Positions 37,391 to 48,101 of a stretch of DNA of 64,000 nucleotides are shown here, in pieces. A program made the position numbers and the translations under genes. Source of the DNA: Geosiphon pyriformis uo1 (Eukaryota > Fungi > Glomeromycota); contig JAAOMT010000441.1 of NCBI GenBank assembly GCA_016748015.1, positions 372,001 to 436,000 of the forward strand, written 5' to 3'. The first letter of the stretch is position 1, and every line of letters starts with the position of its first letter. The notes below the pieces were generated by a model that saw only the letters and a program-made list of their open reading frames with translations, searched no databases and was not told the DNA's origin.

Positions 37391-38470
37391 TTAGAAGGGT
37401 GACTTAGCTAAACGAAGATATGGTTTAAGGGTCTTGAAACCAGGGAAAAGTTTCTCAGCTTCTTCGTTGGAAACACCCGGATGAACAATCACATCATCCC
37501 CTTTTCTCCAGTTGGCTGGGGTGGTGATTCGATGTTTGTCACCAAGTTGAAGGGAATCAATCACTCGAAGGATTTCATCAAAATTACGTCCTAATAATGA
37601 TTTTTATAAGAAAAAAATTTATCAACTTTCCAAACCAGTTTACAAAAATTCAACATAAGAAAAATTACCAGTTGATGCGGGATAAGTAAGGATTAAACGA
37701 ATGGTCTTTTTTGGATCTATGATGAATACGCTTCGAACGGTGAACGGTATTCCTTTGGTATCCACGTTAGTGATATCCTGATAATCCAACATGTCGTAGA
37801 GAGCAGACACTTTACGTTCATCATCGGCGATGATAGGAAATTGGAGATTGACATTGTTCACTTCGTTAATATCAGCAACCCATTTGTTGTGGTCCTCTAG
37901 CTTGTTAGCCGATAGGCCAATCACCTTTACATTACGTGAATCGAAGTCAGCTTGACGACGAGCCACTTCACCAAGTTCAGTAGTGCATACAGGAGCTTTT
38001 TAAGAGATGATCAAGGTTAGTGGGAGAATGAATGATATTGATGGGTTGTTCCGATCCTTTAAAAAGTTCGCACCCAGGGAAAGACTATTCTTTTGGTAAT
38101 TAAAAAGAAAATATGTTTCTGATAATGTATAGTTGTTCTTTGATCAAGGTACATCGACTGGTTTAGCGGACCCAAAAACAAAGAAATTGTCACGATAAAG
38201 TTATTGAAAAATAAAAATGTCCTAATAAAAGATTTTTTTTTTGCTATTCAAAAGACTTCAGAATAAAGTTTAACACGTTTGTTGTTTCTTTACTCGCTGT
38301 CCATTTCCTTTAGCACCTAAGCAACAATAAAATGCTTGACACTTACTAAAGTCGGCAGGGTGTGAGAACAAAACAACCCACGAGTTTCCTATGAACTCGT
38401 GAAAGTCAATATCACCTTTTGTAGTGGCGGCCTGAAAGTTAGGAGCGGTGCTACCAAGACGAAGAGACAT
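37391..38470 (-). CDS. PRX1: 1-Cys peroxiredoxin (Prx6 family); exons 38347-38470, 37669-37995, 37391-37590
   Basis: LFSHPADFTPVCTTE, VRSVFIIDP, YPASTGRNFDEILR, TPANW; canonical splice sites restore the frame. Confidence 0.95.
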
Positions 38471-38845
38471 TATGAGAGAAAGATAAAGAAGTTTGGGAAA
38501 AAAGAGAAAATTTTTATTCTTGCAAGATTTTTGGTGGTTAAAAATGATTATCGGTGAAAGATATCATTGGTCAAAGATGGCACCATAATGAAAATAATCG
38601 TCGAGATCAATTTTTTGATAATGTTCATTTATGGAAATCTCTTGATTACAATGGAGTGGCTATTTGTGGAATAATTTGATTTGAAATCTACGCCAAACAT
38701 CAAATATTTAGGATTCCAGCAAATTCTTCACATTGTGCAATTTTTTGAAATATTGCAAAATCGTAATTTTTTTCGAATACATAAACAAAATACATAAATG
38801 GCGGAAATCAATGCAAGGAATGATCAAAAAAATCACTTTTTTTGA

Positions 38846-39553
38846 TTATTCCGTCGAAATACCTACAGTATCTTTATCCAGGGTTAGATCAACATTCTTT
38901 ACAAGAACGAAAACTTTAGCCTTCTTTCCTTCATCCCAATGATCCTCTTTAGCAATCTGGTTTACAAGATTTAAAACATTTATCAAAGCTCCCCTTAATT
39001 CAATGAACTCTTCTTTCCGTTGTAAATCAACAGCTTCATCATATTCTACAACTCCAACCGCGACAGCGCCCAACACTTTTACAAGTCGCCATGATCGGAA
39101 CAAGAGCAACAATTCAACCACCTCTGCCTCTTTGCCCTTCAAGAACACCTCCAAAAAGAAAGTTACCAAAACCACAACTGCATCGAATCCATGGAGGAAA
39201 CCGAATTCACCTTTATAGAAATAGGTTAAACCGAATACGAAAAGTTTCAATAAAACTTCCACGACAAATATCGTATTAATCACGAATGCGATATCCAGGA
39301 GGATTTTGACAAGCATTGTTTCTTCTTTTTCAGGCTTAAAAAGGGTGATTAGGATTACTCCCATAACCGTAAGAAAGTCAGCGGCAACGAGTAAAAGAAT
39401 CAACAAGTGGGCATTGTATGATTCTAAATTATGCTGCATAAGTTCTCGAAGAGATTTCGGTTGGTTTGGAAGGGGTTGAAGGGTCATGTTGAAGTTGGGT
39501 TCAGTTGAGCTTTCATCAGCATTTTGAGAGGTTGATATGGCACCGTAATTCAT
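38846..39553 (-). CDS. HVCN1: Voltage-gated proton channel Hv1 (stand-alone voltage-sensor domain), single exon
   Basis: Four TM helices, Asp in S1 (LVAADF), S2 F..E, S3 FDAVVV, S4 RSWRLVK, helical C-terminus, no pore domain. Confidence 0.85.
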   Translation of the reverse strand: MNYGAISTSQNADESSTEPNFNMTLQPLPNQPKSLRELMQHNLESYNAHLLILLLVAADFLTVMGVILITLFKPEKEETMLVKILLDIAFVINTIFVVEVLLKLFVFGLTYFYKGEFGFLHGFDAVVVLVTFFLEVFLKGKEAEVVELLLLFRSWRLVKVLGAVAVGVVEYDEAVDLQRKEEFIELRGALINVLNLVNQIAKEDHWDEGKKAKVFVLVKNVDLTLDKDTVGISTE

Positions 39554-40361
39554 TTTGTAAAGAAGAAAGAAAGAAAGAAATTGTTGAAATTTGAAGGCGG
39601 TTTTAAAAGTTGACTAATTTAATGAGAAAAGAAATTGACGAGATGACTTTCGAGCGAAATGAATCGTGGAACATGGAGGTTTTGGAATCTATGCATTGTT
39701 AATCTATTTGTGATACTGTAATAGTGGTTTTCGAAAAATAAGATTTTGAGATAAACGATAAACAGTGCAAAAAATTAGGGAAATTAATTGTTCAACTAAG
39801 AAAATCTGTGCTAAAAAGAATGTTAGGATATCCATCAGATGATTTCTCAATGAGGAAATTATTGACACTTAATCATTGAAATGAAGCGAAAAGGAAATGA
39901 ATATTCAAATTTCTCATACACAACCGTGGTGAAATATTCAAAATACAGACTCTTTTGATGCCAAAAGATCAGAAACTCTTTTTATTTCAGATTCTTGGGA
40001 CCAAAATCAACAATATTCAAAAATCTTCAATAGTCAAGAGATGACTTTGGGACGATTTATGAAAGAAGAATGCTAACCTGGTCTTCCCACACTACTAATC
40101 ATTCAGATCAAGGTCAGATTGATGATAGAAAATGACTCGACAAAAGATTATGTATGGTGAAAGTGGTTTTGTGATTTGTACATCTTTTAACGATAATTAA
40201 ATAAGAACAGCGATAAGATTGGTAACACTTTAACATGTTTCAAGTATACACGTTGTCAAATAAAGATGCTAGTAAAAATTAAAATTAAAATTCAAGGACG
40301 AATTAAATAATTATGGATTTGATTTAAATACATAAAAATTTTATATTTTATGTATATAGTT

Positions 40362-40362
40362 C

Positions 40363-40398
<36 letters not shown>

Positions 40399-40399
40399 T
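40362..40399. repeat. (CTTT)n microsatellite
   Basis: About 9 tandem CTTT units. Confidence 0.95.
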
Positions 40400-40727
40400 G
40401 CAATCAAAAGTAATTCATTGGATATTGTTTTAATAAAGTACAAATTTTTAATATTACATTTTTATTGCTTAAAAAAAAGTTTGACTCAAAGGTTTTCTAA
40501 AAAAAAGAAATAAAACTAATTGACGTTTATCCAGCAATTATACTTATTATTAAGCCGATTAAGAGACCTCATAAATAAGTACAATCTGTAAAATATTTGC
40601 CAATAATCATTCTAATTATATTTTAAAAACTTATCCTATAGTTGAAGAAAAATTTCTTTTACCCTTTTGCGTTTTAGACTTGATTACATTTACTTTCCAC
40701 AGGGTTATCTTGATTATATTCACCTTC

Positions 40728-41187
40728 CTAATGGTTGTCTTGATTATTCTCATCTGATATGAATTATTTAAATGCAAGCCATTAATTTGGAATGATTTTT
40801 CAAAATGGGCATTTGAAAAAGTTTCGGCTTACCATTATCATTATCATTATCATTATCATCCTCATCCTCATCTGCCTGATTAGCCATAGGGATCGGGGGA
40901 TTTGGACCAACGGGAACAATTGGAATACGAGTGTTATTAAAAGTGGGGTGAAGATTTTCAGCCTCATTCATAAAGCCACACGAGTCGTGACCATTGTTGA
41001 AGAAAGAAAAGGCATCATTAGGTTGAATATTTTGGTTAGGGTTATTTTCAACGTACTCCCAAACTTCAATCAACATTTTATTCTTATTGCAAACGATATA
41101 ATGGGATTCAAGAAAGGGAAAAATTATTTCATTAGATTCGTCAAAAAGTTGATTTTGATTCGCGGGAACATTAGGTAAATTGGCCAT
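40728..41187 (-). CDS. Small orphan protein with acidic D/N-rich tail; exons 40833-41187 and 40728-40753
   Basis: ATG at 41187, TATAAA ~50 nt upstream, 79-nt GTAAG...CAG intron that gives an in-frame ...NDNDENNQDNH* end; no family recognised. Confidence 0.6.
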
Positions 41188-41402
41188 AATTTTTTTCAAT
41201 GAAGAAATAAAACTTTAAGAACTTTTGCTTGAAAATTTATATGCATTTTGACCTTCATATAAATAGGAAATTTCTGAGAATCCGTAGTAGTTTTTAACGA
41301 AACTTTTCAGCATTTATTTTACCAAAGAACTTTCTTCATTCCCGATCTAAAATTGAAATTCTCGGCTATAATTTTAATTGGTTTGAATTGATCACCAACT
41401 TT

Positions 41403-41612
41403 TTGCCAATTTCATAAAGGAGAATAATTTTATTCCGATGAATTCATTTTCTATTATCACAACTTTATAAAATGGGAATAATTTATTCCAATACATTCAT
41501 TTTCTATTATCACATTTTCTAAAAAAAAGGAATAATTTATTCATCTTCTATTATCACACTTTATAATTCTTACCAATTTCATAAAGGGGAATAATTTATT
41601 TCGATGAATTCA
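41403..41612. repeat. Imperfect ~45-55 bp tandem repeat (ggaataatttattc...ttctattatcac), about 4 copies
   Basis: Repeated units visible at ~41420, 41474, 41529 and 41588. Confidence 0.8.
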
Positions 41613-42484
41613 GCTATTTGCAAAATACTCAAATATGTTCAGAATAAAAAGGTTGGGGAAACAATTTATCACACTCAAATACTTAAACATATACCATCGC
41701 AGCCCTTCTAATGTTTCTCACGAGGAAAGGACAAATGATTGGGAAAGTGAAAATGGTTTTTTTATAGATTCGGTTATAAATATTTCTGCGCTATCTACTA
41801 ACAGTGTCATTAAGATTTATCACAAATCTTGGTGTTCTGCGCCTTTATGGCCCATTATGATAAAATTGGCTCCACAAATGACGTAATTATGAATTTTCAC
41901 TCTTTGGGCCTCTTTGATGTTAATGGCAAACAAAAATAGTAACAAAGGAACCAATGTGAATAGCAATGCAGGTGGCAACACAAAAAATAATTCAAATTTT
42001 GCAATTTTAAAAAATGCAAATTGTATTTATTATATATATTGTGAAAATTTAAGCACATAAGGGCCCGTTCTTTGAATGCAAATCTTCATAAAAGTATTTT
42101 TATACAAAACTCATTTTATTTAATGTAATGTATTATTACAGTTGAATAAATTATAGTCATTAATGTCACATATTTTAGCCATCTTATTTTTAAAATTAGT
42201 TATTAACTCAATTATAAAATTACTTATTAATTAGATTGTTAAATAAATTATATAAATAAATTCTTTTAAAGCTGTAAAAAAAAATTGAATTTGAATTTAT
42301 TATTTTAAAATAAAAAAATTTTTTATGTTTTAATTTGTATAATTTGCTAAAATAAACAATTTTTAAAAAAAATTAATATTTATTATTTAATATTAAAAAT
42401 ACCAATTAAAATATAATAATATAATAATTTTATTAATTATATAATAATTTTATTTTATTAATAACTTGATTTAATTAAAAAAAA

Positions 42485-45400
42485 CTTCTTTTTCTCTTTT
42501 GTTCCAAATTTCCAAAAAAAAGGCATTAAGTTTTTTTGAAAAAAGTTTTTTACTATTTAGTACAATAAATCTAAACTATTTTTGCTTGATTATGAGACTA
42601 TTGTTAGCTTTAGCATTACTGTCCTAAAGAAATTTGTTATGAAATCTGGTTGTATTATAAATGTCAAGCCTGTGTTATTGAAAAAAAAAAAGAAAAATGG
42701 TGTCTTAAAAGATGATATCAAGACTAATAAGATTTCTACTAAGAGATTAAACAGTTGTTTTTGGAATTCAAAAGTGAGTAACACTATTAAGTTTGATAGT
42801 ATTGACATAAAGAAAGAATGTTTGATTGAAAAAACCAGTTTTAACTATGATAATAAGACATTTTTTGATGGTAAAAATACTGACCAGACACTAAAAGATT
42901 CATATATTAAAACCAAAAAGGCTTTGAAAAAGCCATTGAAAAAAATCAACTTTTTAAATAATGACAATAATAATAATAATATTTTATTAAATGCTTTATT
43001 AACTCTTCTCTTTTTTTTGAAAAATCTGGTTAATATTCTCATTAAGAAGTCATTTGTTTTGAATATTGGTTTGGATAAAGTGGCTAAAAAGTCTTTTCAA
43101 AAAAAATTTGTGATAGTTAAAAAATTGTTTTCAGGAATTAATTGTTTTAGGAGGACATCTACCCTCTCAAAATTTGTTGAGATTATCAAAGCAATATTTA
43201 CTTCCAAATCAAGTTTAATGCAAGCTACCAAAAAGGCTAAAAATGTAAAAATTTTGGTAAACACCAATCTCAAAAAATCTGTAGTGTGGTCAAATTAAGC
43301 TATAGTGTTAAAAAAAATACCAATTGGTATATTAGCTAAGACTATATGTATTGCATTATTTGAGTTTGAATTAATTAAGTCAGTCAAAATACAGTTGATA
43401 GGGCTATGGCAAAAAACAGTAATGGAATTTAATCATGCTGATTATACTAATTCAGTTACAACAAAATAGTCTATCTTAATTGAAAAAAATACAGTATATG
43501 TAGTTAAGACTAATAAAAACAAAAAATCATAGAATTTTAGAAATAATTATAAGACACTGCTCTATATATTGTCAATGAAAACAAATGCTCATGACATTTG
43601 GGATTTTATTGGGTCAGTTGGTAGTAAAACATGTTTTATTAATCATTATTTAGTTTTATATATTTAATTCAGATGTACTATTGTTTGTTTTAACTCTATT
43701 GCTTTATTAGATGCTGTTATAGAAACCACACCAGTGCTAAGAAACTCCAATCTTTGTTGAACTCATCTGGACTTTGTCAAATATGCCAAGTATAAAAAGT
43801 TGGGTTATATTTTATTAAAATATATTGTTGATAGGAAAATGTTTCTTAATAGTTCAATTCACAGAATATTATCAAATACTAATAAAAACAGACTGATCAC
43901 TATTTACACCAAGTATTCAGCTCTTATCACTCATCCTGTCTCTTTTAGTGGTGTTTTTTGGGCAAAAATTGTTGGTAAATCTTTTTTTTCTCTTCTCCTT
44001 ACACGAAATAGTTTGGTTAATTTTGGCTTTTTTTTAGAGATAAAACCTTCTTCTTTAATGTTTGTTAAAATAAATAATAGATTTACTACTCTTGAGCATA
44101 GTCTTACCAGCTTTACAAAACAAGTTAATAAGTTGGCTAAAAAGTTGAACATACTCAGACCAATAGTTTTCCAGCTTAGCCTTAAATATCAGCCATTGAT
44201 AACTTTTTTGTTACAGAATCAAGAGACAGATATAATAATAAATAAGAGTTCAGACCCAGCCATTAGTGGTGAAACTGTTGTAAGAGTAGTGGTTTTTGAT
44301 ACATTAATTGTGTTAAAACTGGAGAAAAACATGAACAATTTGTTAACTACAGTTATGAGTCTAATAGTCAAAGTAAACAATATTAATTTAGATGTAAAAG
44401 ATTTTTCTTCTTAATAACAAATCTAATATAGAAAATTGCTACTTGTAACATTAAAAGTATCAATGTCTTTGCTAAGCAAAAAGACATTGTTTATTGGTAT
44501 GTAAATTTGGATAACATAGTTTTTATTATTACTAAAACAAAGTTGAGATCTAAAATTAGGCCATAAATTGCAAATAAGTTTAGTAAAGTTTGAATTTTTA
44601 CTTCTGGTTTGAATGAAAATTTTCTTAGTGCTAGTGTTATCATAATTATGAATAGTTTTTTAGCTCAATATATTGCAAAAATGGATGAAATCTTAGATTA
44701 GTATGTCTTTTATTCAAAAGCAAATTTTTAGTAACTATTCTGGATTTATATACTGGTATGTTTATTGATATGTGGTTTTGGCCAGGTTTCTGATATTAAT
44801 TCTATGATTTTTAAAGCAGTCAATTTTAGCTTATTTATGGTTTTAAGTAGTGACTTTAATGAGAATGGTTCTAAGAAGAGTGCAAATTATAAGTTCTGTT
44901 TAGATCTAGATTTGGTCAATGCATTTGATAGTTATTTATTGGCTAAAAATTCTACTTAGAAGAATTTTAGGAAAGTTGAAAAGATGTTGAATTTTATTTT
45001 TGTGAATAAAAATCTGGTATCTGTAATAACATATCATAAAATCAATATTGTAACAGAATTTTTTGACATAAATCATAAAGTGGTTTTAGTATTAATTGGT
45101 TTGGGTGGTTTTTTGGATGTTTATTTTAATAGTGTTTATAAACAGACTAATAAAAATTGGTGAAAGTTCAAGCTAAGAAATGCAGATAATACAAAGTAAG
45201 TATAATTTAAGGAGCAATTTTCTGACAAGTTTTTGGCAAATTCAAATGTATTTAAGAAAGCATATATCTGTAATAACTTAAATATAATGTGAATAGTATT
45301 AAAGAAAACTATAATACATGTTACTAATGTGGTGTTTTTTTAGCATTGGTATAGTAAATATAATTGTTTAAAAAACAAACAAACTTCAAAATTTTTTAAA

Positions 45401-46912
45401 TTGGAACTGCTTATTGCAAAGATTATAAAGAAATAAAATTCTGAAGATTTGTTGAAATTCAATTATTTTGTTAGAGTTTGGTTGTCTATTAATAATATTG
45501 AGACATTTATGATTACTGAAATTCAAAATAATATATGCTTAATTAAACTAATTAGATATTTATTAATATTAAAGAAGTAGTATTAGAAATTTAAGTATTA
45601 TAAATCAAAGACATCTGAAAATGCAGCTATTAGAGAGGTAATTAAATGACACATGGAAAGTTTTTGCTTTAACAAAGGGCAGATGATAATAAGTATTTTG
45701 AAAACCCCATTTTACAAGATTGTTTTGTATTACTTGGTAACAAAAGATAAGCTGATGGTAAAGTTTGAAGAGATGAAATTCAAAGTTAACAATATTATAG
45801 AAAGATAGACCAAAGAACAGTTGGTGTTTCTGAGAATGCCCAACTTTTGGTCTTATCAATATATGCTTTTTAATTATATAAATAATAATGCTTTTTTTGG
45901 TGTGATAAAAAAAATTAATATTGAGGAGTTAGCTGTAGTTGTAGATAAATTGCCAAATAGTAAAACTGCTAAGTTGTTAGAAATACTTAATAAACTTTGA
46001 AAATATTATAGTAAAAAGATGTTAAATTGTCTTTTGAAGTTGTTAAATCTGTGTTTGATTTTAGATACAATTTTTATTCCTTGAAAAAGAGTGTAAGTTT
46101 CAATAACTCCAAAGCCTTATAAATAGAATAGTGTATTAAAAATCTTTTTTGATCAAATATTATTAGCATGCAGCAAATTTAACATTCTTCATAATAACAA
46201 CTTTTCAGTGTTAAAAAGTACTTTGACTTAGTTTCCTATTTTTGTTATTGGTTTAGTTGTTGAAAATGCTCTAAAAAAGAATAAAAAACTTTAGTTGGTA
46301 TTACAAAATATGTTCAAAGCTTATGATTTAGTGGACTGATGTCATTTAAGGGCTAGTTTGTAATGTATTAAAATATGCAGTTAGTTTATTAAGTTTTTTG
46401 GTAATATTCATAAGAATTGGATCAACAAAATAATAACAGATTTTGGACTTTCAGATAATTATAAAATACATGATAGGTTAAATTAGAGTGAGGTTTTTTT
46501 TTATTCTTTTGGAGAATTTTCTATGATACACTTTTGTGTGAAGTCAAGAGACATAAACACTTATATAATTATTAAATTAATACTAGGTTTATAACAAGAA
46601 CTAACAAAGTTAAAGCTATTGAAGAAAAAACATTTTTTTTGCTGTTGGTGCCTTTATTGATGATGCAATTTGGATTAAAAGTAGTTAAGTTTCTATACAG
46701 TACATTTTGAATATTGTTAGTAAGTTTTTTGATATTAATAACATCTCAATTAATAATAATAAAACAGTAGTCATTCTTATTAATCAGGATATTAACACTG
46801 TCTTATTGTTGATTAATAGTTTGCCAATCTTAATTGCTAAAAAAAGTGAATTGTACAGGTACTTGGGTATTTTTTTGTCTACTGAAAATTTTTTTAAGCT
46901 TAGCTTGGCTTA
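42485..46912 (+). mobile_element. LINE copy 3, 5'-complete, 3'-truncated after the RT, strongly C>T/G>A eroded
   Basis: 5'UTR and ORF1 match copy 1; KIATCN (44432), SDFNENGS, GAFIDDAIW, YRYLGIFLS. Confidence 0.9.
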
Positions 46913-47182
46913 ATGCTTCAACACAAAAAAAAATCATAAAAATAATTAATATAAGTAGTAAAAAGCTTGTTAAGCTTTAATAAATCTATAATATTACTAT
47001 TGACTTGAAGATTCAACATATTTTTCTAATTTATATTACAGATTTCAAGAAAATTTTGCATAATAAAACTAAAAAAATAAAAAAAATAAAATATTGTTAT
47101 AGTTAAAACTCATACTTTTTATTAGTTATTACATGTATTAGCCACTAATATCATATAATTAGCCACCTTATTTTTAGATAGT

Positions 47183-47325
47183 AATCATTAACCTGATTAA
47201 TAATTTGACTGTTGATCTAATTATTAATTTGATTATTGACCTGATCAATAATCTAATTATTGACCTAATTGTTGACTTAATTATTGATCTGATCATTAAC
47301 TTAGTTATTGACCTAATTATTGACC
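47183..47325. repeat. Degenerate 12-bp tandem repeat (~ttattgacctaa), about 12 units
   Basis: Periodic ttga(c/t)ct(a/g)at motif; variants are mostly transitions. Confidence 0.8.
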
Positions 47326-48101
47326 ATTTTTAATAGCTATATAAGTAATAAGTTTCTTAGCTATAAAAAAACATAATCAAAGTAATAAAATAAAACTCAC
47401 TATTAATTACTTTCTCTAATATCACTTATTTTTTTTTCCCTACCTTCAAGTATTTGAACATCTTAAAATAAAAAATTATTTGTTAATATTCACATACCTT
47501 ATCTTTTTTTCTTCTTAATTTATATTGTTAGAATTAGTCTAAAAAGTGATTGCTTGCTCTTGTGATTTATTAAATAAAGAAATGATTGAAAAGCACAACA
47601 ATATCTGTTATTAATTCTAAGAATTGTTGAGTTAAAGCATAGAATAATAGTAGCAGTGTTATATTGTTGACAATTACAAACTATTTTTCTACTTTCAGAT
47701 TTTCAAAAAAGATTTACAACTATAATTTTTATGAAATTAATCATGTATATTGAATTCTTACTTATTTAATTTGCTTCTATATTATAATTCTTTCTTTGAT
47801 TATTTCTATTACTCTACAATCTTGTTTTCTCTTGCTATCTATTAGCTTGTTACTTTAACTCATAACAATATTATATAAAATACTAAAGTAAAAGTTAAAC
47901 AAAAAAACAAAAATCTTAAAAAGCATTAAAAAGCCATAAAATATAACTTATTTGATTACTTATCTTTTTTTATTTATTTATTTATTTAACGAGTGAGATC
48001 CAAACGTGACCTAGTGCTATACATCATATAAATAATCTAAACTAGGTGTGAATCATGTGTTTTCTACACATGACCAGCCATTCAGGCCAGTCAGGACTAC
48101 A

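Noticed and set aside
37996-38346. Unusually long PRX1 intron with a TTCTTTG...CAAAGAA stem, possible H/ACA snoRNA
   Set aside because: Second hairpin and box positions are not convincing by eye; an Rfam search would be needed
38846-39553. Lys instead of the third Arg in the Hv1 S4 helix as a novelty
   Set aside because: As I recall, R-R-K is the usual S4 pattern in fungal Hv1 channels
41403-41612. Possible CRISPR-like array
   Set aside because: Units are degenerate tandem duplications without unique spacers; eukaryotic context and no cas genes
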